64,000 nucleotides of DNA. Source: Patellaria atrata CBS 101060 (Eukaryota). The stretch covers positions 1-64,000 of the forward strand of contig MU006091.1 in assembly GCA_010093705.1 (NCBI GenBank), in the 5' to 3' direction. Position numbers and translations under genes: made by a program. The notes below the pieces were generated by a model. That model did no database searches. It was not told the DNA's origin and saw only the letters and a program-made list of their open reading frames with translations. This document shows, one piece after another, positions 22,547-36,173 of the stretch; positions within the stretch are counted from its first letter, which is position 1, and each line of letters begins with the position of its first letter.

Positions 22547-24381
22547 ATGTCTAAAGCTTCAGGTTATCAATCACTTCTGTAATGATCTGAAATCTGTTTG
22601 GCTATATCACCAGTATAGGACCATCCATGACCGATATCAATCAGAGCGATGAAGACCAACGAGCCGCCGAGGTGCTCGCCAGACATCTGGACCCAGATTA
22701 TACCGCTGATTTCGATCCCACGCCAGACAATGGAGATAAATCACAAATCTCTCAGCCAGGAAACAGCCAAGCAGAGCAGGAGTCATCACTGAAACTCCTG
22801 GGTGGGGATATGCATAGAGATCTTTACAAAATCAAAGGTGGTAGGGCGAGGCTTCAACAACGCTCGGCGACCTTCCACTATCCCGAGAGGAGCAGCGATA
22901 CAGATTTGTCGCAGACGTCAACGACCTTTCAAAATCAGATGGCTCCTGGTGGATTCCGGCGCCAGTTCCTGGAAAGACAGCACCGACGTTTCCATAGCGT
23001 GACGACGCCGGTGACGAAGAATTTCGTTTCATTCCTGGATCTGTATGGTAGTTTCGCCGGCGAGGATCTCGCTGAATCAGAAGATGAGTCCGCGGTTGAA
23101 ACAGAAGATGAAGAGACTGGTATGCCTGGGGAAGAAGCTGGGGAGAGACGACCACTGCTTGGAAGGCGTAAAAGTTCGAAACGAGCGAAGCAACAAGGAG
23201 ACGCATCTCAACTACGGACTTTCTTTACGTTGCTGAAAGCATTCATTGGTACCGGAATTATGTTTTTGCCAAAAGCGTTCAAAAACGGAGGCATTCTTTT
23301 CTCGTCTATCACGTTGGTAGTTGTTTCATTGGTTACATCCTTGTGTTTCTATCTGCTACTTCAGTGCAGAAAACGATACGGCGGCGGTTACGGTGAGCTC
23401 GGAGAAGCTATAGGCGGAAAGACACTACGCTCTTTGATTCTTGTTTCTATTGCGCTTTCTCAGGTTGGATTCGTCTGTGCTGGGATCGTTTTCACGGCCG
23501 AAAATCTTTACTCATTCTTGGACGCCGTCACGAAGAACAGACCTGCTCCTCTATCTACCGCCGAGTTGATCATTGCTCAATGCATTATTCTCATACCGCT
23601 GTCTTTCATCAGAAATATTGCGAAACTAGGTCCCGCCGCGCTTCTAGCAGATGTTTTCATCCTCATTGGTTTAGTCTATATTTATTACTACAACATATTT
23701 GCCATTTCCAAACAAGGTGGCTTCAACCCCACCGTTCACCTCTTCAATCCCAGGGACTTCACATTGACAATCGGATCCGCAATCTTCACCTTCGAGGGCA
23801 TCGGTCTCATCCTCCCCATCCAGTCCTCGATGAAGGAACCGGAGAAGTTCAATCGCCTTCTTTATGCTGTAATGTTCATCATTACGATCATCTTCACTTC
23901 CGTCGGATTTCTCTGCTACGCTGCTTTCGGCGCCGCCACTCGCACGGAGGTGATTTCCAACTTCCCTCAGACCAGCAAGCTTGTCAACGCAGTCCAGTTT
24001 CTGTACTCGCTCGCCGTGCTCGTTGGAACACCCGTCCAACTCTTCCCCGCCGTCCGTATTATGGAGGGTAAGCTGTTCGGGCCGTCATCGGGTAAGAGGG
24101 ATAGCTCGACCAAGTGGAGGAAGAATGCGTTCCGCACGGGAATGGTGGTCCTCAGTGGCGGCATTGCAGCTTTAGGCGCCGGAGATCTGGACAAGTTCGT
24201 AGCGTTAATCGGATCCTTTGCATGTGTGCCGCTAGTTTACATCTACCCGGCATACCTGCATTGGAAAGGGGTGGCTACCGCAAGGTGGGTTGTCATTGGT
24301 GACATCGTGCTCATGGTGGTGGGCGTCATGGCGATGATCTACACGACTTCCGTCACGTTAGTGAGATGGTCTGAGTCGTAG
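22547..24381 (+). CDS. Vacuolar amino acid transporter (AVT3/AVT4-like, Aa_trans family)
   Basis: 584-aa ORF from 22627 with GGFRRQF, FLDLYGSFAGEDL, LLKAFIGTGIMFLPKAFKNGG and FTFEGIGLILPIQSSM, plus many TM segments. A short 5' exon from ATG 22547 is possible but uncertain. Confidence 0.9.
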
Positions 24382-24866
24382 AGGCTTCCTGTAGCCTCCT
24401 GGGCCTCAAAGGACCTCGAAACCAATCGATATTTGAAACTGAAAATTGATGGAGTGGCTGGTCTCCCCTATTGTACATACGTGAGTCTTCAGTTTGTTAC
24501 CCGTTCCACAGGCGCTTCAGAATGCGCTTAGGATGGCATGTATCTAAATATATGGTTAACGAATGCTAAAATAATCCATTAGCATGAACCTCCAGGAACC
24601 TAGGTCATAATTTGATGTAGTGATGGGCAGGTTCTGGAGCAAAAGAATGTCTAACTGCTCCATTCTCATATTACTATTAAGTATACAGTTACTGTTATAA
24701 ACCCCCTGCTAACAACCCAGATGATCATTTAAGACTGCCTAGATTATCCTGCTCGTCCGCAGGCGCTTGAATCCCGAGTAAGTGCATGATATTATTTCTC
24801 CGAAGACCGAATATCCCCATATAAATAGTCAACCCTCCATCTCATCCATATATACATCTTCGCCCC

Positions 24867-26620
24867 CTAGATTCCACTACCCACATACCGACTCCATCCC
24901 CTAACCCTCCCCCCCCAGATCCAGAATAACCACGGAATCGGCAGCAAAACGACCATGACCCCGGCCCACATACTCGTGGCCTTATCCGTGCCCAGCCTCT
25001 CATACAGCTGTACCGTAAATAAGGGGAAGACGCCGCCCATGGTGTACCGTACCATCCCGTTCCCCGCCAGCGCCGACGCCGCCGTCAGCGCATCGTACGT
25101 GTCGGAAAAATACAGAATGACGCACGTGAAGACGCACACGTTGCCCCAGACGATCGGGATCGCGGCGAGGATGGGCACGATCCAGTGGATGTCGTCCCTT
25201 GCGGTCCACGCGAACCAGAAGAGCCCGATGGGCGGGCCGAAGGTGCCGATAAGAGCCGCGTAGAGGCGGTCCTCGGGTGTGAGATAGGTTGTGGATCTAC
25301 GGCGTTTGGGCTGGAACATGGTTTTGTCGCAAAGGATGACGGTCACGGCGCCGAAAGTTGCGCCGACGGCGAGGGAGAGGAATGGTAGACCGGCTTGGGC
25401 GACATCGAAGTCGTAAGTGCGGGTGAAGATGAGGGGGAAGGCGGCGAAGAAGGAATAGACGATGCCGTTGATGACGCCTGTGTACAGGGTGAGGAGACTG
25501 ACGATCGGTTCGCGGATGAGCATCATTATCGGACGGAGGAGAACGACCGTGACTAAGAGTTTGAGGGCTTGAGCAGGTGGAAGCTTCGGCGCAGTAGCGA
25601 GGTTGTGCTTCTTTGCGCGCTTAGCGACGAGGGCTCTGGCGTAGGTTTCCGACATGAAGGTTGCAAAGAGGATGGCAGCTCCGGTAAGACCGGCTGCTTC
25701 CCATTGAGTCCAACGCCACCCTTTCTCTCGCACAGTAATGCCTCCCACTAGCTTGGTAGTTAGAATGCTTTTCAAATGAGTGAGAAACGCAAAAGCATAG
25801 TACTCACAAACTGGACCAAGCGCAGATCCGAGGAAAGGAAACAGAACAAAAACCGCACAGACAGTAGCCCTATAATCGGGCTGAGTCGGCTTGACATGCA
25901 TTGGATACAGATCTTGTGCAGTTCCTGCTGACACTGCCATTGTTGGTGAGCCGAAGAAACCCGCAAAGAATCGACAGATCAGAAGTGTATGGAAGTTTTG
26001 CGCAAAGCCTGCACCCGCCATAAAGGGGATAGAGATGGGAAGAGTGAGGAAGTAGACTGGTCGTCTACCAACGGTCTCGCTGATTGGAGCAGCAAGCATA
26101 GGACCAAATGCTAAACCGAGAACATAAAGCGTAAAGGGGAGGATTGCCAAAGTGGGAGAGACGCCGAATCGGTCTCGGATATCTGTTGATGCTGGAGTGT
26201 ATGTTGATACACCTAAAGAACTAACAAATTGGGTTAAAATGTACTCAATCTCCAAAGTTCTTGTAGAAAAAATGGGCCTTACATGACAAAAGCAATCGCT
26301 GCCGGCGCTAGAAAGTTATAAGCCTTCTTTACGTTGCTCCAATTGTATGGGTTAGCAGGATCATCCTCCCATTCCGGAACTTGTGGACGCTCCTCGAGAG
26401 CAATGCTACGAAACTCTCCCGTAAGATGTGTAAGTGAACTCCACCTGTTTCTCTGAACGGGGAAGTCTTCATCATTTCGGGAGACTACCGAGACCATGCT
26501 CGTATTAAAATGGTTCCCATATTCTGGGATTGGCTGCAGTTCATATTCTGAACCATGTAGCGAGTATGTCGAAAATCCGCCGGTATAGTCAAAACTCCCG
26601 CCGGTATAATCGAAGCTCAT
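24867..26620 (-). CDS. MFS multidrug transporter (DHA1 family)
   Basis: WEDDPANPYNWS..KK, GPMLAAPISETVGRRPVY, RFFAGFFGS, GWRWTQW and PEDRL. Introns near 26280-26222 and ~25807-25751. Confidence 0.9.
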
Positions 26621-27883
26621 CGTTTATTCGGAGTATGAAGAAGAACGGAAAACGGTAAAGCAAAGTGGAAAGATGTACAACTTAAACACATACGACGGCA
26701 ACAATGATGGACATGTGATTCGGAGAACTAAGAACTGCTTCGTACTCTATCACCGTCCAGTGTTGAATGATCAGGTTCAACCGGCCTCGGTATATCCGCA
26801 AACAGTAAACTTATGTCACAAGCGGTTCACGTTAACATGTCGGTCGAACCCCACACTCTATCAAGATATTACCCCATATGCGTTATTCGAAGTCCTCTCT
26901 CCGATCCATCGCTCCTTCCACAGCTAAGACATGGAAAGAACCTTAACCGCTCTTGACAACCGAAACATACTCTACAACTGAAGTTATTGTATATTCGACG
27001 CGGCTGTACATAAGGACGCAATTTACCGTTGAATTCATCTTTAGGAATCGGTTGATACTAGACACACCTGACACTTCGAGTCCTCGTCATCAGCATCTAC
27101 CATACTGTCGTTATTATCCGTCCGCGTATCGGAGCTGCATGCTGCCCTTCTACCACTCGATCACGTTACATATTGTAAAGTCCCTTGACCACGCTCTCTC
27201 TTTGGAATTGAACACCAGAACTCCTGCTGCGCGAGACCCACGGGGCACCATCGGTTGGGATCACGCGAGACAGTAACGACTTGAATTGACACCTTCAGAT
27301 TCTCTCCTCTATAGGGGGCACCGGACTCAGAAGACTGAAAATTGGATTTGAAAAGTTGCCAGATGAGCTGCTTTAGTAAAGAGGAAGACACAAGGCTACC
27401 TTATGTGTAGAATACATAGTAGAGTCGACTTAAGTGATGAGTTTCATGAAATGTAAGTACAACTAGAAAGGTGCCTGATTACTTCAATGATGAATATATA
27501 TTAATGGCTTATGTCACTGATATTCAAAATCACAATGATGAGAAAGGAGAAAGGTTAACACGATTGCAAAGGAACTATAGACTAACCACTTTAGGACTAA
27601 AATGACTCCTTTTCAAGCATCGAACGCAGTTTTCAGCTAAGAAGACAAATATCACAAGTAGAAAATCAATTATCTCGTCTACAGGAACCGAAATTCCAAT
27701 ATTTACATCAAAACCCCACTGTAAACTATAGGAAACTTGCGTTATCAGGTCCAAACACCGCTTCCAAAACAACCAGTTCATTATTCTGCCATCCCTTCAA
27801 CACCACTTTCCACCAATCTGTCCCTCTTAGACCTTGTAATAGCTGTACTCGTCTCAAGACCAATTCTTCCTTCTGTTCGGAGA

Positions 27884-29886
27884 CTAAACTGGACCACCTT
27901 TCTCGGTCCCAGCGAGGATTCCGGCTAGTAGTTGTGCGTGAAGATGGATGCCACAGAGGCCGGGAATTTGCATGTCTATGAGCTCCTGAGCCATTTTCAT
28001 ATCCTCCTCGCTTGGTAAATGTGACTTTTTCGTGTCTTTGGTATTTGTTTCGGTATGCTGCGCCATCTCTGGTGTGGACTCGGAGGAGTTAAAATCCATG
28101 CTAAGGTTTGAGTTCATATTGCGAAGAAGTTCAGCGTCAATTGTATCGTGAGATTCGATGATAGAGTTTGGAGTTGGTGAAAGTGACACCCTTCATCAAT
28201 ACTCTCGTCCGGGTGGTCAAAATCAAAATGCTCGTCAGTAGCGATTTTGACCGAAGGGCCGCCTTTCAACCTCGTATCGTTTCGCCCCAAAGAAGCTAGA
28301 AACAAACTGGGGAAAATATTAGGTATTTGAAAGCTCCCTTTCCGTCCTATAATAGTAGGGTTTTGATACTCAGAGAGTTTAAGCATCCTGGCCTTTAAAT
28401 CCCTCTCAGTGGGGGTAGAGGGACGACTGCTCTCGTCGAACGAACTGCTTCTCTGGCGTTTAGCTCTGAATGAGCAAACGCACCCAGTGCAGTGATTCTC
28501 CTCGTTTTCAGTTGAGGGAACTGGTAAATCGCTGTCGCAGGAATCCGCGCGCCTCCTCTTCAGAAGGTTTTCTGAATCTGGGCTAGGCGTCAGAACTGTC
28601 CCGGCTTCATGTTCGTTATGACTTACCTCGGGATTCTTTGATCCAATACCAGTATAATGGTTTTCGGTGGTCCATTCCCTAATGCTCCCGTTCAAGTGCA
28701 TCGGCATATTAATGTTCGGCTTCACCGTGATATAATTGTTGACAGTCTGTTCACCGGGAACGGAGTCGATGGTGACAGTGATGTTGATTGGCATTTGGAT
28801 GTTCGGACTGACGTTCAAGTTGGTAGTCTGGGTAGTAGTAACGCCGTTATTGCTGTTGCTAGTTGTCGTTATGTTGCTAATCCCCTGAGTAGGGCTTAGA
28901 GGTTGTGTCGGTTGATTTTCCGAGCCCGCGGAGCTGAGAGGTCTGCTGGACGACCTTTCCCCATGCATGTAATCAGGGCTGCATTCGTATCGGCTTTGCG
29001 TATCCGGTGGAGTTGTCACGGTATGTTCCATCCCATTACCATGATTCCAGTACCCCATATCTGTCTGCGAAAGGAATGGAGAATCAAAACTAACACGTCG
29101 ATTCCAGTTCCTGGACATCGGTTGCCTCCTTGGAGAGAGAGGAGAGGGGCGCCAGTGCTCAGGAATTTCCTGTTCGTCATAATACGAACTCGCCCACGGA
29201 GTGAAATTTTTCTTCCGCCGCCGTTCCATTTGCTCTTCTTTCGCCTCCTCCTGGGCCAAGAGGTTGAATTGTCGGATCTGTCGGTTCGCCTCATCCAAAA
29301 AGTATCCTAGGGCATCTATTGCCGCATTCCAGAATGTGCGCGGAGCATGAGCATCCACGAGTTGTCCGATACGACCTACCCAGTCGTTAAACGGGGCAAA
29401 CCATTGTTCTGTTATGTCATCGATCTCCTCCTCGCTTACTTCAATGAGATCGATGAGAAATTCGCCATGATAATCAAGTCTAATCCTCTCAAACGTACTC
29501 GGCGTAACGCCAATTGTTCTCAAATGTCCAATGGTATCCGACATATTGTGGAAGGTTCTGCATACCTTCTCGCATAAGTCTTCTATAATGCGTACCTCAT
29601 TAGGCCCGTACTCGTTTCGCTCATCTTCCTCCTTCCACGTCTCTTCAGGCACCAGCTGACACTCAGTGTTACCACACACCTCAAGACTAAATGTGTGTCC
29701 GATAATATTATCGCTGAATAAATCTTTCCTCTCCGAAGGCGTAAAATAGCACCTTGCAGGTGGCGTATCAACGCCAGGACGTAATCCGCACCGAGATATC
29801 GCTACTGGACATAACATCACGTCTTCGGGATCCGGGCTCATCCTCCAGTGACCGCACCGGTAAAAGATAATAGTGTACTTGCACAT
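27884..29886 (-). CDS. Hypothetical protein with N-terminal MC-x7-RCGH Cys motif
   Basis: 590-aa ORF 28114-29886. A plausible intron 28189-28101 joins it to the frame ending at 27884. Function unknown. Confidence 0.6.
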
Positions 29887-30202
29887 ATTACTGTTGTTAC
29901 TTTTGGGTTGAAAAGATTGAGGAAGTTTTTGGTAAGTGATTTCGCGTTATTGAGTAAGAGAAGAAGACTAAAGACCTAGAGATAAGATTCTTCGAGCACA
30001 CCACCATTATCTGTATTCCGTTAAATGATTGCTCGTTGGCTAAAAATTATGTCTTTGCCAGATTTCTTCGATGTAAAATGTGGGTAGAGACAAGGTATTG
30101 TGTCGTTTGATGTCTGATTCTAACGTCGGACAAAGAACACGCCAATCTTGTTGTCCTAATGGCTAGGAGATGTTTAGGACAAGGTCATCTTCTGATTCTG
30201 CT

Positions 30203-32586
30203 TTACACGAATAGTAAATAGTAACCGACTCGTCTGTATTTGCTTACTCTAAACCTTTCTTATCACGTATTAATTGGATCCCTGTCTCCCTGAGTTTGAA
30301 CTTCTGTATCTTGCCACTTGCGGTCTTGGGATAAGTGTCAACCCAGAAAACATACTTCGGAACTGCATTGCAGAGTTAGAGCAATATAGATGGTAATAGT
30401 AACAATGCAGAATCGCGCTAAGGGAATTCGCTTACCTAACTGATGACTGAGTCTGTCTTTTACCCATCCTCTCACCTCGCTCGTTTTAAGCTCTGACTTC
30501 TTTCTAGGCACAATGAACGCGGCAACAGTTTCGCCATAGCGCTCATCAGGAAGTCCGACGACAGATACTTCATATACGTCTGGATGCGCCAGAAGACAGT
30601 TCTCTACCTCTAGAGGGTGAATATTTTCACCACCCTTGATGATCAGATCTTTAATACGACCCGTGATTTTGATATACCCATCTTCATCTATTATAGCTTC
30701 ATCTCCTGTCTGGAATTGAAAATATCAGCATACCAATAAGAAACGGAGAATCGCCGAGACAGTTTTTATAACTTACGTGCATCCACATTGTCCCTGTGTC
30801 ATCTGGTACCAACACTTCTCTTGTCCTCTTCTCATCTGCCCAATAACCTTTCATTAACAGATAACCGCTCACTGCCAACTCTCCACGTTCTCCAACGTTA
30901 AGAACCCTGTTCCAGTCCGCAGGGTCAACCACTTTAGCGCTAACATGGGGAAGAAGCCTTCCGACGCTATCCAGCCTTTTTTCCAATGGATCATCTGTGG
31001 TTGTCATCGCGCTGACAGGACTCGTTTCCGTCATACCATAGCATATCGTCAGTTCCGTCAGATTGAGCGTTTTGTGCAGCTTTCGCATCAGCTCAGCTGG
31101 GACCGATGAGCCTGCCGCGATACCAGTTCTGAGATATTGAAATCCCTCATAGGAAACAGTACCGGAAGCGAGAAGGTCGAGCTCGGCAATGAACATGGTT
31201 GGAACACCATAGAGAGCTGTCGCCCTGCATTCCTGAACGGCCTTAAGCGTTGCGAGAGCATTGAAAGCCTCGGCAGGAAAGATGATACTTGAGCCATGGG
31301 TTGCTGTCGCCATATAGCCCAGAATGCATCCGAAGCAACTGGAGAATATCAGCTGATATCATCGAGTGGATTTTGTGTATGATTCCATAGGGAGATTGCA
31401 AGTCAAGCACGTACTGAAAGAGAGGGGGTGGACAGCAAACGATATCATCTGGGGTCAAATGCATCCTATCACCAATGCTTTTCCCATTGTTCAAAATAGA
31501 AGTATGCGTCAAGCAACTAGCTTTAGGCATTGATGTGGTTCCAGAGGTAAACTGGATATTTACAATATCGTTGGGGTGAAGTCCCTGATCAGATAGGGCA
31601 CGCTCCGCCGTTCCATTCTCTAGGATATCTTCATATTTTGTAGCGTATCGAACATCACTACGGTCGATTCGCCCATTGGAATTTTCTACAAGAATTACGT
31701 TCTTTAGGGAAGGAACAAGTTCTGATTCCACGCTTTGGCCATTGATGTTGGGTATGAGATGAGTTAAAAGAGTTATATTGGATCTTGGGTCTTTCCGTGG
31801 TAGATTGGTTTCTGTACCTATAATGAGATGCGTAGCGTCGAGATGGCTCAATGCAGATGTCACTTGAATAGGAGTAAAAGCCGGGTTGAGAGGGACCTTG
31901 AGTGGTTAGAGTTTGGGCATACAGAAGACCAAGACACTGTACCAATATAGCACCAAGTTTAAATAACGCATAGGTAGCCTAAACTTGTCAGCGAGTCCCC
32001 AAAATCAAGGAGTAGACTATCGACATCTTACAGTTGCAAATTCAATGTTGTTGCCGAGGGAGACCGCAACACGATCTCCCTTCTTGACACCAATACTAGC
32101 AAGACCTCGCGCTAAACCATTGCTTTGTCTATCCAGTTTGTCATATGTAAGAGTCGTATTCTGATGTCTCGATATAACACTAGGAAAATACTTCAGCTTC
32201 AATCTCCAACCTCGTACAGCACCATAAGGTACAGTACTTACGCAGGACGATCCCCATGTTGCTGAACTATAGATGCAAAGTGTTCGGGTACCGTTACCTT
32301 GAGGAGTGGAGGCTGGATTTTTTGTTAGTCAATCTAATCAACTCGTTGTGCTGTCCGAAGACGGAACCAGTTCTTCTACTGTAGTCGCAAAGCTCTAAGA
32401 AATGCTGCTCTCAACAAGTCCTCTACACGAGTTCTCCGACGCCACATTCACAATTAGACTCACCTCGCTCGGTCCTTCACAGAAAGCTCTGGTTAGAAGC
32501 CCGCGAACGAGTCTTCTTCCGATTTGAGCTGCTACTTGTGATGATAGCGGAATGCCCCTTTTAGCCACCAACGTTCGCAGCATCAT
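30203..32586 (-). CDS. AMP-dependent acyl-CoA synthetase (ACSF2-like), probable mitochondrial presequence
   Basis: [59 protein letters not shown] and [14 protein letters not shown]. Many introns; Arg-rich N-terminus. The 3' end is approximate. Confidence 0.9.
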
Positions 32587-33377
32587 ATGCAAATTCGCAG
32601 TTTGATCATCGCTATGATCAGGACACGTTAGAAATTCTTATGAGAAGTTCTACAAGGCCTAAGGTGGTCATGGTGGACCTCGGAGGGATGAAGTTCGATT
32701 TACGTCTTGACTAACTTCCTGCTTAGGATAAGGGGTGGCGGATGGATGGCGGGGAATGTGCACGCGAGTCGAGAAGTCGAGCCAAGGGCGTAATTATCCA
32801 AGATACTGTATTTATACATATGAATAACGTGTAAGATAGCGTACTGTACAGTGCAGTACAACGTACGGGTACAAAGTACGGAGTAGGCACTTCATCATTT
32901 GAAGATTTTCCGTGGCCTCTATTCTCTTTTATATGTATTGGCTCAGATTATTCTACGTACAGTACAACTACTACTGAGTAAAATGGCTCTACTGGAAGGT
33001 GTTTACATCCACCCCACTCATGAATCTCTCCACAAGATAATATAATGTACTCGTTTATTGATGGATGAAAAATGTTATTCTTCATCGGCTTCCCCTGAAC
33101 TTGTAATATGCTAATACCAACTGGTCTTTCTTATTCTTCGGAGCGGAGACACGATATTCAACACCACAAATGCAAATACCCGCCGCCCATGCGAACAAAT
33201 GAGATGGCCTTTGGGAAAAATGTATCAATGATACACGATAACACAAGTGACAATAACCAAACCGGTCCAACGCAGTTCTATGCAAAGAAACAACACAAAT
33301 GTAAAACAGCAGAAAAGGGCAAGACGGAAAAAATGCGGAGAAAGGAAAGGCAAAGAGATTCGGGTTGGTGAACGGCG

Positions 33378-35254
33378 TTATGCTCTTCCCTTTCCCGCAG
33401 AGAGTGGCGGGTCATGTCCCTCTTTCCCTTCTCCAGCACCGCCGTATGTCTCCCCACCCTTAACGTGATCGTACTGTCCGACTTGCGGTGATTGCACTGG
33501 AACTCCAACACCGTCGTCATATTCCTCGTCGTAATCCTCACCCTCGATTCCTTCATCTACTTGCTCTTCACGTCGCTCTCTATCCCTGACTTCTTTCGCT
33601 TTCTTTCCTTTCTTACCCTTCCTGCCTTTCATTTTAGCCTTTTCTAGTAACCTCCTCTTCTCCGCCTCCCGTTTCCTTGCTTTGCGGTCATTGCGTTCAT
33701 ATCTCCTTATCAACGCTTCTGGCTGAGTACCGAATATAGCTTGATACTCACAAAATTCACATATCCATATGTCCTCTCGGGAAGGGGGATTGTGATAATT
33801 ATTATACTCTTGTTGAAGCCGACGCTGACGGTCTGCGAGAGCATATTCGCGCGAAGGTGTTCGACGACGGCGAGGTTTTGCTGGCAGAGGTGCTCCCTGG
33901 GAATTTGAACCGATTTGAGCAGCCGATTGGGAGCTCATGTTTCCTTGTTGCGTCCCATTCATGTGTGGACTAGTCTGCGTACCATGAGTTGCTACCCGAC
34001 GGTTTGTAGCATGAGGAGCAGTAGGGTTTGTGGTCATTCCAATCGAGTGATCTCCGATTTGACCGGGCCAAACCATCTTAGTTGCAGAGTCGGATTCACA
34101 CGTGAATGTAAACTGGGTTTTTTGTGGCGGTGTCTTTGACGCTTCCTGTTGTAACAGACTAACATTTTCTGACCCAGTGGGCGATGTACCTGCGCTAATA
34201 CCCACCGCCGCATTCGCGATTGCGGTAGAGATAATTCCCTGTTCTGGCGAGGAAACTACAACTCTAGCGTCAGTGGATATCATGTAAGAAACGGAGAGAA
34301 CTAGTCATGCTTTTACTTTGCGATCCACTCCATTCCCACCTGTCACGGCCCTTCCCCGGAACTCCATTATATGCGTTTAGACCGTTGGTGGAAGAACCAA
34401 GGGGACGGCGTTCAGTAACGCCGCGCGCAGCAGGCCTTCCGAAGCGGCCACGCCCTGCTCCTGAAATCCCCGTGCCGGACCCAGGGGCGGATGGCAGACT
34501 ATTCCCCCCTGCATAGTGCGAGGGATCATCTTGTGCCGAATGGTCGCCAGCTTCTGGGGATATACCCATGCTCGCCATTTCTGCTGACAAATTCGTATGG
34601 ATAGCTCCATTGGCCGGTATCTTTCTTTTCTTTTTATTATTAGTATTTTCAAAAGATTCATAACCGTCTGCAGAAGGGGAGGTCGAGGCTGGGGGTACCC
34701 CTTTTGCGCTCCTTTGACTAGCAGTTCCTATTCCGCGGCCTCCGAAGCCTTGGCGAGCAAACTGTATTGGCGAGGACTGGGGCCCGTAGTCTTGGGGATC
34801 TTCTTCTTCTTCACTCTCTAAGTCCGAATGATCAGCGCCGCAATGGCAGGTCTGTGAGTGTTCAGAGTTTGAATGCCGGGTCGGAACAGGTGTCTTTTCG
34901 GTCGACCCGTAGGGAAACGTGAAAAGTGGTTGGACATTAGAGGGTGTAGGAGGGAATGGTATAGTGCTTGCTTGTTCCGGGGAGAGTCTCGATCTAATAC
35001 GACGTTTGGGCATGGGACGAATCGGTCTGTCAGGATACATTGGAGAGGTAGTGTCGGGCGACGAATGCTGTCTTAAAGTTGGAGATGAGTGAGACCACTC
35101 GTAACCTAGCAAACCAACCGTAGAGATCAGTAAATATTTCGGAACGCTAGAGAAGCGACGTAACATATTTAGGGAATCCAATATCTATGGCGGATTGATA
35201 ATATTGCCATGACGAAGGAGCCAAGTTGGACACACCTGCTGTTGCCGCTGCCAT
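33378..35254 (-). CDS. Fungal hypothetical protein (CEFCEY motif, basic C-terminus)
   Basis: Two long ORFs joined by an intron. Motifs YPDRPIRPMPKRRIRSRLS, DGYESFENTNNKKKRKIP and WICEFCEYQAIFG. Start inferred at 35254. Confidence 0.7.
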
Positions 35255-36173
35255 TTTCACCAACGAGCACTTTCTTAGTACATCCAGTCCCCAATATGCT
35301 GGTAGTCACACCTTCAGTAGAAATGAATTGTGAGAGCGGAAGGACGTCGGGTGAATCAAATCTGTAGTGGCCACCGGTACATTAGTGTTGGGTTTTCGGG
35401 TTGGGGATTGAAGTCGGGGATGAGGGGGAAAACGGACTCTTGAACGGTTCTAGTAAGGAAGATGCGACGCTGTACAGAATTACTGGTATTGTTCACAATG
35501 TTGATGGCAACGATGGACAAGAAGTGCAGAAAGGGTACAGCTTCGAAGGTTGTTAAAGATGTTCCTCGGGCTCAAGATTACGAAGCGAGTTGCTCTAGCT
35601 GCGACAAAGCAGTGAGTTGTCACACACCAGAACCAGCGCAATTTAACAACTCACAATCACTGATTTCTATGTGGAAAAAGGTACACATCATTGGATATAT
35701 CTTCATTACATTAGATAGAGACTTATATCATAGAGAACATAAGGCCGCACTGCTATAAAGAATCCCCGCAATGTAGACTGTACGAGTATCCCGCTCAATA
35801 TGTTCCACCGTCGTCTACAGCCATCTCTCACGCTAGCTGAATTAGGATATCAGAACAAAAGGGGAAGATGAGCCGCCACAATAGGAAGATGCCCATATCT
35901 TCAATAATCTTCTTATCATTGCATTACAATGCCACCAGCTGGGACTTCGCATTTGCTACCCGTCCCCTGAAATCCAATGGGACATATTAGAACCGCACCT
36001 TATGCGTATCAGACCGATTTCCGGCTTTCATAAGCCGGATGTGATAATTTGTCCAAACACCAGTACCACCACCCTACTATAGACAAGAATACCAAAATTC
36101 AAGCGTTACATCCTACGTAGTGTTCCAAAGACTTCCATTCATACGATCCTAATCCTTTCCACCAGGCACCTTC

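Noticed and set aside
26575..26617. SFDYTGG x2 repeat at the MFS N-terminus
   Set aside because: Simple 21-nt duplication in a disordered tail; no evidence of function.
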